A stretch of 64,000 bases of DNA from Vicinamibacteria bacterium (GCA_963668695.2 CAXXLQ010000004.1:832001-896000); one strand, 5' to 3'. Positions 1 to 9,930 are shown, counted from the stretch's first letter. Notes: generated from the letters alone by a model not told the origin. A program made the numbers and translations.

Positions 1-2
1 TC

Positions 3-1025
3 GCCGAGGCGATCCGCGACAGTCTCCGGAACCCGGTCATCCGGGTGGCCGCCCTGGGCCTCATCGCGTTCACCATCCTGATCGGGAACGCCGCCTTCCA
101 GACCGGCAACCTGCTCGGCGCCTCGCTGGGCCTCAGCCTGCTCACCGGGTTGCCGGCGGGCCTCCTGGTCCTGATCGTCGGGTCCCTCGCGGGCGCCCTG
201 CTGATGACGGGCGTTTACAAGGTCATCCAGAACGCGCTGGTGTTCCTCGTGGGGCTGATGAGCGTGGTGTTCTTCCTGATCGCGATCCTGACCGCGCCGA
301 GCCTCGGCGAAGTGCTGAGCGGCCTCTTCGTGCCGCGGATCCCGCCGGGAGCCCTGCTGACCGTGATGGCGCTGATCGGCACCACCGTCGTTTCCTACAA
401 CCTCTTCCTCCACACCAGCGCCAGCCTCGAACGCTGGCCGGATGCGGAACGGAATGACGAGAACATCCGGGAGAGCCGAAACGACACCCTGTTTGCGGTG
501 GCGCTCGGAGGGCTCATCACCGCGGCGGTGGTAGTGGCCGCCTCCCCGCTACTCGGGCAGGGCGCCGACGCCGCGGATGCCGCCACGGTCGCGGCGCGGC
601 TCGAACCGCTCCTCGGACGGGCCGCGCCCGTGTTCTTCGGCATCGGGCTGTTTGCCGCCGGACTCACCTCGGCGATCACCGCGCCCCTCGCCGCGGCCTA
701 CGCCGCGGGCGGCGCGCTGGGCTGGGGAGCCGACCTGAAGAGCGGCCGGATCCGCCTGCTGTGGGGCTTCGTCCTGCTGACCGGGATGTTCTGCGGCATC
801 TTCCTCGGCGCCTCCCCCTACCAGATCATCCTGCTCGCGCAGGCCGGCAACGGGGTGGTCCTTCCGCTCGCCCTGATCCTGCTGCTCGTCGTGGTGAACC
901 GGACCGCGATCATGGGCAAGTACCGGAACTCGCTCGTCGCGAACGTCCTCGGAACCCTGGTGGTGGCGGTGATCTCGGGGCTCGCGCTGGTCCAGCTCGC
1001 CCGGGTCCTCGGGTTGGCCGGATAG
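3..1025 (+). CDS. Nramp-family divalent metal cation transporter (5'-truncated by window edge)
   Basis: Open frame from the window start; many TM helices; motifs GNAAFQTGNLLGA, ALIGTTVVSYNLFLH and GLFAAGLTSAITAPLAAAY typical of MntH-like proteins. Confidence 0.85.
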   Translation, partial: AEAIRDSLRNPVIRVAALGLIAFTILIGNAAFQTGNLLGASLGLSLLTGLPAGLLVLIVGSLAGALLMTGVYKVIQNALVFLVGLMSVVFFLIAILTAPSLGEVLSGLFVPRIPPGALLTVMALIGTTVVSYNLFLHTSASLERWPDAERNDENIRESRNDTLFAVALGGLITAAVVVAASPLLGQGADAADAATVAARLEPLLGRAAPVFFGIGLFAAGLTSAITAPLAAAYAAGGALGWGADLKSGRIRLLWGFVLLTGMFCGIFLGASPYQIILLAQAGNGVVLPLALILLLVVVNRTAIMGKYRNSLVANVLGTLVVAVISGLALVQLARVLGLAG

Positions 1026-1034
1026 CACCCCGAC

Positions 1035-1085
1035 AGGGGACCGCCGGCCAGTCCTCCCGGTGGGGGCCTTCAGGTCGGCATCGCG
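1035..1085. repeat. REP-like palindrome (AGGGACCGCCGG-Nn-CCGGCATCGC family) carrying the 19-nt insert
   Basis: aggggaccgccgg[ccagtcctcccggtggggg]ccttcaggtcggcatcgc; related copies near 5389, 20672, 24186, 29155, 38155, 40866, 40985 and 49254. Confidence 0.75.
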
Positions 1086-1112
1086 GCCGGAGGCCGCGAA
1101 ACGCACTGCGCC

Positions 1113-1349
1113 ATCGCACCCAGTTCACGACAGCAGATCCGGCTATCGCACCCAGTTCACGACAGCAGGGGCCTTCAGGTCGGCACCCAGTTCACGACAG
1201 CAGATCCGGTTATCGCACCCAGTTCACGACAGCAGATCCGGTTATCGCACCCAGTTCACGACAGCGATCCGGTTATCGCACCCAGTTCACGACAGATCCG
1301 GTTATCGCACCCAGTTCACGACAGCAGATCCGGTTATCGCACCCAGTTC
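1113..1349. repeat. Tandem repeat, ~8 copies of a 32-bp unit
   Basis: Unit ATCGCACCCAGTTCACGACAGCAGATCCGGTT; copies at ~1113, 1145, 1183, 1212, 1244, 1275, 1304 and 1336, with 1-3 nt deletions in some; no unique spacers. Confidence 0.95.
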
Positions 1350-1553
1350 GATCCAACCGGCGCACCTATCGCCCCCAGCTCCGATCAAGCTCGATCCACT
1401 CGAATCCTGTATGAACGCGAGCTGCCGGCAACCGAATCGCCATTACAATCGTAAGTGACACTGTAATATCGACTTAGGTCGACAATGCTCTTCCGATTCG
1501 ATGCCAAAATCGTTGAGAATTCCCGCGCCGCTCCCCGGTAGGCTCGCCTCCCT

Positions 1554-2590
1554 TTGCCGATTCTCGACCTCCGCTCCGAGGAACCTGTTTCCGCACCGAC
1601 GGATCACGACCCGCTGGACGAGACCCCGCCGGGCCTCGACGCGATCCGCGCCTGGATCCGGAAACCGCGCCCGTGGCTGCGAGGCGTGCGGCTCTGGGTG
1701 CGCTGGATCCTTTCCGGGTTTGCAGAGACATACCGGTTCCTGAAACAGCACGCGGGGCCAGCCGCGAAGAAACTGCGCCGGATCGCGACCAGGGAGAGCG
1801 GGCGGGCCGGGCGGCGACCCTGGCCGGCAACGCGGGCCGCGAGATCGGCGGAGCGGTTACCCGAGGAGCGCGCGCCCTCCGGACGTCCGACGGACGGATC
1901 GGAAGCGCCGGCAGGAAGCTCGGGAAACTGGGCGGCGCGGTGCGTCGGTTCGGCGGGCAGTTGAACGAGGGTGGAAACGCGGCCGCCGAAATTTTCGCTG
2001 GGGTGGGCCGCCTGACCCGCGCTCTTCGCGGGAACGACCAAACCGGGCTCGGCCTGCTGGATCCACCCGAGGAACCGGAGCCGAAGGCACCGCGACCGGC
2101 CCCACGAACCCTCCGGCAATCCCCGGCGCGGAGGCTGCCGAGGCCGGCGAAGGAGGAGCAGACACCGCGCCCGCCTGCCCCGGAAGCCGCCCCGGAGGCA
2201 CTCGACGAGGCTCCCGCGCCGTCCCCGAGCCTCAGCCCCCCGCCCACCGCCGCTCCTGTGTGGGAAGAGCGTCTGGTCGGACTGCCCCGGGTCTTCATTC
2301 CCCAGATCAAAGCGCTCGGGGAACGGCCCCGAAGCGATGTTCTCTGGCCCCTCATCTTCGAAATCTGCGGCTGGCGCGAATGGACCACCCCCGCCGAACT
2401 CGCGCGCTGGTTCTCCATGCACCACCGAAGCCTCGTCAAGCGCCACCTCGGCCCGATGACGAAGGAAGGCCTGCTGGAGCGCCGCTTTCCGGATCGCCCG
2501 AACAGTCCCAGGCAGGCGTACCGCGCCCGCCGGGACGGTGCGCCGACCGCGGATTCGGAGAAATCCCGAACCCCAGGCTCCGGCCCGTAG
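1554..2590 (+). pseudogene. Frameshifted protein: Gly/Ala-rich helical N-region, Pro-rich linker, C-terminal winged-HTH (Fic-like C-terminal domain)
   Basis: ORFs 1554..1964 and 1673..2590 join as KKLRRIA|DQGERAG if 1 nt is restored at ~1786; C-terminal TPAELARW...GLLERRFPDRPNSPRQAYR resembles the wHTH tail of Fic/RecG-like proteins. Confidence 0.6.
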
Positions 2591-2636
2591 CCGTCGCCCG
2601 AAATCTTTGGCAACCCTGAGCGTGGTGACCTGACAG

Positions 2637-3572
2637 GTGCCGCTGCTTCCGTCCCGTCACCTCGACACGGTGGTCCTCTTCGAGGGGTATCGGGAAGGAC
2701 GGTTCCGCTACGCGGCAACCGGTTTCTTCTGCCGCCATCGCTTCGGTGGGGAGGAGCCGCACGAAGAACTGTTCCTGGTGACCAGCGCGCGGAACGTCCG
2801 GGAGGCACTTGGCCACACCCTCCTGGTGAGTCGCCGCCGCCGAACCCAGCGCGTCCTGTTGAACGACGCGACCGGCCAGGGCGGCCTCGGGCGGGGGCCC
2901 TGGATTTCCGACCCCGAAAGCGACCTCGCGGCACTACCGCTGAACCCGGAGCACCTCGCTGCGACGAAGTTGCGCTTCCGAGCCCTGGGCACCAGCGCCA
3001 GTGCTCTGACCATGGCCGCGATGAGGAAACGACGCATCGGCGAGGGCGACGACGTGGTGGTGATTGGATTCGCACCCGAGTTGGCGGGCTTGCACCCGGT
3101 GCCGCTGGTCCGCCGGGGGATCGTTGCGCGCATTCAGGACTGCTACCGCGGACTGTCCAAAACGTTCTTGGTGGAGGCCACCACGTTTGCCGGCAATCGG
3201 GGCAGCCCCGTGGTGATGAAGCCGGACCGCGGGGCGGATGACCGGGCCTGGAACGATCCCGCAGGAAAGTTGATCGGGATCGTCAGCGAATCCGTGCCGA
3301 ATCCGTTGGGACCGCTCGAACACGGGACCGATGGCCGAACGGTGCTGATCCAGGTGAACACCGGACTCGTCCGCGTGGTTCCGGTGGACGCGCTCCTGGA
3401 TCTTCTGGAGAAGGCCGATCCCCAACGCCACGCCTCACCCCAAGGCGCCTCGTTCCGACGCACCCCTCCCACTGACGCGCTTCTGGATCTTCTGGAGAAG
3501 GCCGATCCCCAACGTCACGCCTCACCCCAAGGCGCCTCGTCCCGACGCACCCCTCCCACTACCGAAGACTGA
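2637..3572 (+). CDS. Trypsin-like (PA clan) peptidase homologue, probably inactive
   Basis: ATGFF, LFLVTSARNV (no His), SDLAAL, TTFAGNRGSPV (Ser replaced by Arg); paralogous to the next gene. Confidence 0.8.
   Translation: MPLLPSRHLDTVVLFEGYREGRFRYAATGFFCRHRFGGEEPHEELFLVTSARNVREALGHTLLVSRRRRTQRVLLNDATGQGGLGRGPWISDPESDLAALPLNPEHLAATKLRFRALGTSASALTMAAMRKRRIGEGDDVVVIGFAPELAGLHPVPLVRRGIVARIQDCYRGLSKTFLVEATTFAGNRGSPVVMKPDRGADDRAWNDPAGKLIGIVSESVPNPLGPLEHGTDGRTVLIQVNTGLVRVVPVDALLDLLEKADPQRHASPQGASFRRTPPTDALLDLLEKADPQRHASPQGASSRRTPPTTED
3387..3560 (+). repeat. 87-bp in-frame tandem duplication at the C-terminus of the inactive protease
   Basis: DALLDLLEKADPQRHASPQGAS(F/S)RRTPPT twice; copies start at 3387 and 3474. 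Confidence 0.95.
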
Positions 3573-3577
3573 ACGTC

Positions 3578-4429
3578 GTGCCGCGGACTTGCCGGCTCTA
3601 CCTCGACACGGTGGTCACCCTCCGAGGCGTCGAGCAGAACGGCCGAAGTCGCTGGATAGGTACCGGTTTCTTCTGCCGGGCTTTCCGGTCGTACTGGCCA
3701 ACGCGCGAACTGCTCTTCCTGGTCACGAATGCCCATGTGGTCTGCCAGGGCTTCGAGCACATCAACGTCGTGGTCCCTCCCCGGGAGGGAGATCGGGCGG
3801 TGACGTACTCGGTGACCGGCAAGATCGGTCTTGGACCGAGCAAGTGGGAGGTGGACGGGCACCATGACCTCGCCGTCTTGCTACTGGACCCCGAGCACCT
3901 CCCGGAAGACGAAATTCGCGACCGCACCTTCCAGGTCGAGGCCGACGCGCTCACGATCCGGGAGCTCCGGCGGCTCCGGATCGGAGAGGGCGATGAGGCG
4001 CTTCTCGTCGGATTCGCCTTTCCCCAACACGACCCCGTCGAGGACTACCCGGCAGTCCGCCTGGCGACGATCGTCCGCGTGCCGAAGCGGGCGAGCTGCC
4101 GGAGATCCTTCCTGCTGGAGGGCACCACGTTTCCCGGAAACAGCGGTAGCCCGGTCATCGTGAGGCCGGGCCGGGACGCTTGCGGCGACGACCGTGCCGA
4201 CGGTAGCGGGAAGTTGATCGGCATCATCCGCGCGGGGGGAAACGCGGCGACGACGATCCGATCCGACAAGCAAGGCGTTCCCGTTGAAGTCCGCGAGGGC
4301 GTGGGACAGATCCACATCGTCCCGGTGGATGTGCTGCGACGCAGCATCAACGTGATCATCCGCAACGTTTTGCTCGCAGAAACCTTCGGCCCGATGTTCC
4401 GGAAGGTGAGAAGATGGGTGAAATCATGA
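3578..4429 (+). CDS. Trypsin-like serine peptidase with intact triad
   Basis: FLVTNAHVV (His), HDLAVL (Asp), TTFPGNSGSPV (Ser); no signal peptide. Confidence 0.88.
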   Translation: MPRTCRLYLDTVVTLRGVEQNGRSRWIGTGFFCRAFRSYWPTRELLFLVTNAHVVCQGFEHINVVVPPREGDRAVTYSVTGKIGLGPSKWEVDGHHDLAVLLLDPEHLPEDEIRDRTFQVEADALTIRELRRLRIGEGDEALLVGFAFPQHDPVEDYPAVRLATIVRVPKRASCRRSFLLEGTTFPGNSGSPVIVRPGRDACGDDRADGSGKLIGIIRAGGNAATTIRSDKQGVPVEVREGVGQIHIVPVDVLRRSINVIIRNVLLAETFGPMFRKVRRWVKS

Positions 4430-4662
4430 CGCGCTCAGTCCAAGCCGTCCTCGCCGAGGCCCTGCGGCTCGATCTCCAGGCTCGCGCCGAATTGGCGGCA
4501 GAGTTGCTCGGAAGTATCGAGGGGCCGTCCGATCCGGGCGCTGGGGCGGCCTGGGACGCTGAAGTCAGACGCCGCGTCGCGGCGATCGAAGCTGGAACCG
4601 AGAATCTTGAGCCTTGGGAGGAAGTGCGGCGCCGGATTGAGCGCGAGATCCTCAACCGGTGA
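4426..4662 (+). CDS. Addiction module antitoxin (TIGR02574-like)
   Basis: EALRLDLQARAELAAELLGSI...AWDAEVRRR...PWEEV; ATGA overlap with the protease stop and GTGA overlap with the toxin. Confidence 0.88.
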   Translation: MTRSVQAVLAEALRLDLQARAELAAELLGSIEGPSDPGAGAAWDAEVRRRVAAIEAGTENLEPWEEVRRRIEREILNR

Positions 4663-4954
4663 AGGTCCGCATCGCGGCATCCGCAACCGCGGAGTTCGGT
4701 GAGGCCGTCAGGTGGTACGAGGACACAAGGCAGGGGCTGGGAGCCGCTTTCCTCGATGCCGTCAGTGCGGTCCTTTCCCGCATTGAAGAACACCCCAACA
4801 TCGGGGCGCCGTTCGCGGAGGGGCATCCCATCCGTAGAGTCCTGGTCGTCGGTTTCCCTACCAGGTCGTCCATGCGGTCAGGCCCACGGAACTAGTCGTG
4901 GTGGAGATCGCGCACCTGAGGCGGCGACCGAAGTACTGGGTGGGTCGGGACTAG
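4659..4954 (+). pseudogene. ParE/RelE-family toxin, frameshifted
   Basis: AEFGEAVRWYE...RRVLVVGFP, then a 1-nt deletion at ~4858; the other frame continues YQVVHAVRPTELVVVEIAHLRRRPKYWVGRD* to 4954. Confidence 0.85.
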
Positions 4955-5030
4955 TCCTCGCCCCGGTCGTCTCTCGCTCAGCGCCCCGCGTCGCTCAGGT
5001 CGCGGAACGGAAGACGACACGATCGGGGCC

Positions 5031-5250
5031 TAGCAGCCTGTGGATAAAGTGGTGTGAGCGCCGAGAGCGGCCAGTCCTCCCGGTGGGGGCGAGGCGCCCG
5101 GCTGACAAGGCGCGCGAGGGAGGAGCCCCCACCGGGAGAACTGGCCCGTGTATTTCGACCGAAGCGCAACGATGAGCGACGCGAAGCGGAGTGTTTCAGC
5201 CGGGATGCATCGCCGGTCGAACGCCGCATGACTTTGTCCACAGGCTGCTA
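5031..5250 (+). mobile_element. MITE (subfamily I ends) with two 19-nt inserts
   Basis: TAGCAGCCTGTGGATAAAGT...ACTTTGTCCACAGGCTGCTA terminal inverted repeats; no ORF; 9 related loci in the window. Confidence 0.9.
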
Positions 5251-5279
5251 GCGATCCCTGTTGAGGATGCGACCCTCAT

Positions 5280-5318
5280 TGCTGCCGTTTCGGTAGTCGT
5301 TCTACCGAAACGGCAGCA
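5280..5318. promoter_or_regulatory. Perfect 17-bp inverted repeat (operator or terminator hairpin)
   Basis: TGCTGCCGTTTCGGTAG-tcgtt-CTACCGAAACGGCAGCA. Confidence 0.5.
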
Positions 5319-5453
5319 GAAATGGCTTTTGTGATTCAGCAAGCGCCTTGCTCATCGTTCACCCCAAGTTCTACTGGCCTCCGGCGGAATGCCGGTCTGA
5401 AGACCGGCGGTCCCTTGCCAGGCCCCCGCAGCGGCAGCTCGCCGCGCAGTCCC

Positions 5454-6422
5454 CTACGGCAGTTCGCCGTTCAGCTCCATGTACACCCGGCGGAGCGCCA
5501 TCCCCCGCTGACTTTCCCGTAGCGACCAGGTCTCGAGGTCCCCGAAGTCGGCCTGGGCATCGGCTTCCTCCGCACTCAACCCCAGGTGGTGGAGGCGGGT
5601 GGACTCGGAGATCACCGTCTCGAGCGCCTCGATGGCGACTCCCAGTTCCTCCCGCAGCATCTCCGGGCTGTCCACGAAGCCGTGCCCCGGAATGTTCACC
5701 CGGGCGTTCAGCTCCTGCGCCCGCCGCAGCATGTCCACCCACTCGGTCGGATACGCCGAACGCATCGCCGGGTACACCCGGTGGAGATATGCCTCGGTCA
5801 GGAAGAGCACGCTCTCCTCCGGCAGATGGACCACCAGGTCGCCGCCGGTGTGGGCTCTCCCCAGGAAGAGCACCTCGATCGCGCGCCCACCGAGCGTGAG
5901 ATCCAAGCGGTCGGAGATCACCGTTTGGGGCATCGGGATCTCCGGAATCCGCTCGCGGATCCCCTCCATCGCCGCCACCGAGTTCTCATGCACGATGAAC
6001 TCGACCCCCTCCGGAAACGCCGCGTTCCCCGCCGTGTGGTCCCCGTGGTCCGAAGAGATCACGACGTGGGTGATGGGCTGGTCGGTGATCTTCCCGATCT
6101 CCTCCACCATCCGGGCGGTCTCCTCGAAGCTGCCCTGCCCGTCGGCGACCAGCACACCCTCGTCGGTGATCACGAACATGCTCACGGTGGTGAAGAACTC
6201 TTCGCCGGCGGCCCGGAGCTGCTCGTAGGAATACACGCCGGGCGCGAGTTCCTGGACCCGGGGGAAATCCGCTTCGGTGAGCCCGCGCTTGAAGGGGTCG
6301 GCGGTGCGGGCCGGAACCTCGGATCCCTCGGGTTCGGGGTCCGGCGCCGGGGCGGGTTCCGGGGCGCCGCAGTTGGCGAGCCCGAAAGCCAACAACGAGA
6401 CCTTGAGCAGGTTCCGGAACAT
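5454..6422 (-). CDS. MBL-fold metallo-hydrolase, lipoprotein
   Basis: Lipobox GLANC; THVVISSDHGDHTAGN, GRAHTGGD, IPGHG. Confidence 0.85.
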   Translation of the reverse strand: MFRNLLKVSLLAFGLANCGAPEPAPAPDPEPEGSEVPARTADPFKRGLTEADFPRVQELAPGVYSYEQLRAAGEEFFTTVSMFVITDEGVLVADGQGSFEETARMVEEIGKITDQPITHVVISSDHGDHTAGNAAFPEGVEFIVHENSVAAMEGIRERIPEIPMPQTVISDRLDLTLGGRAIEVLFLGRAHTGGDLVVHLPEESVLFLTEAYLHRVYPAMRSAYPTEWVDMLRRAQELNARVNIPGHGFVDSPEMLREELGVAIEALETVISESTRLHHLGLSAEEADAQADFGDLETWSLRESQRGMALRRVYMELNGELP

Positions 6423-6531
6423 GAGCAGCCTCCCTCGCCCCACCGAGCAGACCATCGGACGCGGGCGAACGGATCGTACCGTTCCCTGAGAGTGGCCAAG
6501 ATGACACAATGGCGTAATGGACGGACCGACA

Positions 6532-7413
6532 ATGACTTACCGGCGGCGGCCACCCGGATTGCTCGCCCGGATCGCCCACGTTCCGCCCATTCGGATCGTC
6601 CTCTTCGCGGCCGCCATCGGCGGGGCTCTCTGGCTCCAGCGGGTGGTTGCCGGCGGTTTGGCCCAAATTTTGGGCGGGTGGTGGCCCAGCGCAGCAGTCG
6701 GTGCGGTGCTGGCGATTCTCGCCGTCAACTTCGCATACCGAGGCATGACCTGGTTGCTCGAAGAGCGGCCTGCCGACGAACTGGCGCTGGAGGGCGCCCC
6801 CCGTGAAACGGCGGCGGGGATCGTGGTCGGCGCCACCTGCCTGACGCTGACCGTGCTGCTCGTCGCTGGTCTTGGCTTCTACCACGTCGAGAGCGTCGGC
6901 GCCTGGACCGCGCTGCTCACCGCATTCGGCATCGCCGCGACGTCCAGTTACATCGAGGAGATCGTCTTCCGGGGGGTGCTCTTCCGGATCGTGGAAGAAT
7001 GGCTCGGCACCTGGTTCGCGTTCGCGATCTCGGTGGGGTTCTTCGGATTCGCGCATCTGAGCAACCCGAACGCGACGCTCTACGGCGCCGCCGCGATCGG
7101 GATCGAAGCCGGGGTGCTGCTCGGCGCCGCCTACATCCTCACCCGGCGGCTATGGCTGGCCATCGGCATCCATTTCGGGTGGAACTTCATGCAGGCGGGC
7201 GTCTTCGGCCCCAACCTCTCGGGGCACGAGGTGGGAAGCCTCCTCGAGTCCCGCCTGAGCGGCCCCGACCTGCTCTCCGGGGGCGCTCTCGGCGTCGAAG
7301 GTTCCGTGTTCGCCGTCCTCGTCTGCGGCGCGCTCAGCGCCCTGCTCCTGATGAAGGCTCGGCGAAGGGGCCTGTTCGTCCCACCGTTCTGGCGCCGCAA
7401 ACGGACTTCCTGA
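6532..7413 (+). CDS. CPBP (Abi/CAAX) intramembrane metalloprotease
   Basis: EEIVFRG, FGFAH and HFGWN motifs; multiple TM helices. Confidence 0.92.
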   Translation: MTYRRRPPGLLARIAHVPPIRIVLFAAAIGGALWLQRVVAGGLAQILGGWWPSAAVGAVLAILAVNFAYRGMTWLLEERPADELALEGAPRETAAGIVVGATCLTLTVLLVAGLGFYHVESVGAWTALLTAFGIAATSSYIEEIVFRGVLFRIVEEWLGTWFAFAISVGFFGFAHLSNPNATLYGAAAIGIEAGVLLGAAYILTRRLWLAIGIHFGWNFMQAGVFGPNLSGHEVGSLLESRLSGPDLLSGGALGVEGSVFAVLVCGALSALLLMKARRRGLFVPPFWRRKRTS

Positions 7414-7482
7414 CGGCAAACCCTCCTCGCCCAAGCCTCGCGTAAGATGGGGGGTTCCCCCGACCGGGGAGGAGGGACCGTC

Positions 7483-9930
7483 ATGCGGCTTCCGTTTCAT
7501 CGTCTGCTGATCGTTCCGGCCGTCGCGCTGGCCGCTGCCGCCGCCGCGCAGGAGGGCTACCAGACGCCGCCCGACGCGATCGTCCGGATCGCCGAGGCGC
7601 CGCCGACGCCGGGAATTTCCGTGTCTCCCGACAAGGTGCACGCGGTGCTGACGCACCGCTCCAGCCTGCTCCCGCTCGCCGAGCTGTCACGGGCCGAACT
7701 GCGGATCGCCGGGCTCCGGATCGATCCGGCAGCGAACGCGGCGAGCCGGCGCCGGATGTTCCGGGAACTCACCCTGCAGCGCGTTGACGGCGGCGCGGCG
7801 GCCGCGATCACCGGCCTGCCCGACCCGCTCCGCGGCGACCACCTGAGCTGGTCGCCCGACGGGGCGCGGTTCGCCTTCACCCACACCGGGGACGACGGCG
7901 TGGAGCTGTGGACCGTGGACGCCGGCAGCGGCGCCGCGACCCGCGGCGCCTCCGGAGTGAACGCGATCTTCCGCGGCGCCCCGTTCCGCTGGCTCGGCGA
8001 CAGCGCGCACCTCGCCGTCAAGGTCGTGGACCCGGGCCGCGGCATGCCGCCGGAAGCTCCGGCGGTTCCGGAGACGCCCGTGATCCAGGAAACCACCGGC
8101 CGGGTGGCCCCGGTGCGGACCTACCAGGACCTGCTGACCAGCCCGCACGACAACGCGCTCTTCAGCTACTACGGCGCGGCCCGCGCGGTCGTCGCGGATC
8201 TGTCCGGAAACACCACCGAGATCGCCGGACCGGGCATCATCGAGGGCTTCGCGCCTTCGCCGGACGGCAGCTACCTGCTCGTCACCACCATCCACGAACC
8301 GTTCTCCTGGCTCGTTCCGTACTCGCGGTTCCCGCACCGGATCGAGATCCGGGACCGGAGCGGCGCGGTGGTGCATGAGGTCGCGGACCTTCCGCTCCAC
8401 GAGGAGATCCCGATCGGCCGCGACTCGGCCCCCACCGGGCCGCGGTCGGTGAATTGGCGGGGCGACCACGACGCCACCCTGGTCTGGACCGAGGCCCGGG
8501 ACGGCGGCGACCCGCATGCCGAGGCGTCGGTCCGCGACGTGCTGGTGCAGCTCGCCGCCCCGTTCGAGGGCGATCCCGAAGTGCTGCTCCAGGTACCCCT
8601 CCGCATGATGGGAGCGACCTTCGGCGGCGGGCGCGGGGTGGCGATCACCCGTTGGTGGATCAACCGGGCCGAGCAGATCTGGGCCATCCCGACCGCCGGG
8701 AGCGGCGAACCCACCCTGGCCTTCGATACCTCCTACGAAGACCGCTACGCCGCGCCGGGAACGCCGCTGACCACGATGAACGAACGGGGTGCGCGGGTGC
8801 TGCTCACCTCGTCCGACGGATCGAAGGCGTACCTCACCGCGGAAGGCGCCTCCCCGCAGGGGAACCGGCCCTTCGTGGACGAATGGGATCTCGAAACGGG
8901 CGAGACCCGGCGGCTGTTCCAATCGGACGCCGACTCCTTCGAAACCCCGCTGGCGCTCCTTGATCCCGAGGCCGGGATGCTGCTCACCCGGAAGGAAACC
9001 CGGACGACGCCTCCCAACTACTACGTCCGCGACCTCGGCGGTGGCGAAGCCCGGGCCATCACCGACTTCGCCCACCCGTACCCCGGTCTTCAGGGCGCGG
9101 AACGCGAACTCATCCGCTACCAGCGCAGCGACGGCGTCGAACTGAACGCCCTGCTCCACACCCCACCGGGCTACGACGCGGCCCGCGACGGACGTCTGCC
9201 GCTCATCGTGTGGGCCTATCCGCGCGAGTACAAGAGCGCCGCGGCCGCCGCCCAGGTCCGGGATTCGCCGCAGCGGTTCAGCTTCGTCAGTTGGGGTTCG
9301 GCGCTCTACTGGCTGACCGAGGGATACGCGGTCATGGAAAACGCCACCATTCCGATCATCGGCGAGGGGGACCAGGAGCCGAACGACAGTTACGTCGAGC
9401 AACTCGTCGGGAGCGCGCAGGCCGCGGTGGACGAGGCGGTTCGGCGCGGGGTGGCCGATCCGGACCGGACGGCGATCGCCGGACATTCGTACGGCGCGTT
9501 CATGACCGCGAACCTGCTCGCGCACTCGGACATCTTCCGGGCGGGGATCGCGCGGAGCGGCGCGTACAACCGCACCCTCACCCCGTTCGGCTTCCAGAGC
9601 GAGCCGCGGACCTTCTGGGAGGCGCCGGAGATCTACTTCCGGATGTCCCCGTTCATGCACGCGCACCAGGTGAACGAGCCGATCCTGCTCATCCACGGCA
9701 TCCTGGACAACAACTCCGGCACCTTCCCGATCCAGAGCCGCCGCTTTTACCACGCGCTCAAGGGCCACGGGGCGGTCGCGCGCCTCGTGATGCTGCCCCA
9801 CGAGAGCCACGGTTACGCCGCCCGCGAATCGGTGATGCACACCCTCTGGGAGCAGCACCAGTGGCTCGAGCGCCACGTGAAGAACGCGGCGCCGCGGATG
9901 GAGACGACCCAGGAGGTCGGCCGCCGGTAG
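7483..9930 (+). CDS. Secreted S9 prolyl oligopeptidase-family peptidase
   Basis: Signal peptide; beta-propeller region; GHSYG nucleophile, D (DNNSGT) and H (HESHGY); GGAGG RBS. Confidence 0.93.
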   Translation: MRLPFHRLLIVPAVALAAAAAAQEGYQTPPDAIVRIAEAPPTPGISVSPDKVHAVLTHRSSLLPLAELSRAELRIAGLRIDPAANAASRRRMFRELTLQRVDGGAAAAITGLPDPLRGDHLSWSPDGARFAFTHTGDDGVELWTVDAGSGAATRGASGVNAIFRGAPFRWLGDSAHLAVKVVDPGRGMPPEAPAVPETPVIQETTGRVAPVRTYQDLLTSPHDNALFSYYGAARAVVADLSGNTTEIAGPGIIEGFAPSPDGSYLLVTTIHEPFSWLVPYSRFPHRIEIRDRSGAVVHEVADLPLHEEIPIGRDSAPTGPRSVNWRGDHDATLVWTEARDGGDPHAEASVRDVLVQLAAPFEGDPEVLLQVPLRMMGATFGGGRGVAITRWWINRAEQIWAIPTAGSGEPTLAFDTSYEDRYAAPGTPLTTMNERGARVLLTSSDGSKAYLTAEGASPQGNRPFVDEWDLETGETRRLFQSDADSFETPLALLDPEAGMLLTRKETRTTPPNYYVRDLGGGEARAITDFAHPYPGLQGAERELIRYQRSDGVELNALLHTPPGYDAARDGRLPLIVWAYPREYKSAAAAAQVRDSPQRFSFVSWGSALYWLTEGYAVMENATIPIIGEGDQEPNDSYVEQLVGSAQAAVDEAVRRGVADPDRTAIAGHSYGAFMTANLLAHSDIFRAGIARSGAYNRTLTPFGFQSEPRTFWEAPEIYFRMSPFMHAHQVNEPILLIHGILDNNSGTFPIQSRRFYHALKGHGAVARLVMLPHESHGYAARESVMHTLWEQHQWLERHVKNAAPRMETTQEVGRR

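Noticed and set aside
1113-1349. CRISPR array
   Set aside because: Units are head-to-tail with no unique spacers, and no cas genes are in the window.
4850-4862. Programmed frameshift in ParE
   Set aside because: Only a short TTTCCC run; other toxins are broken by unrelated lesions, so a 1-nt deletion is simpler.
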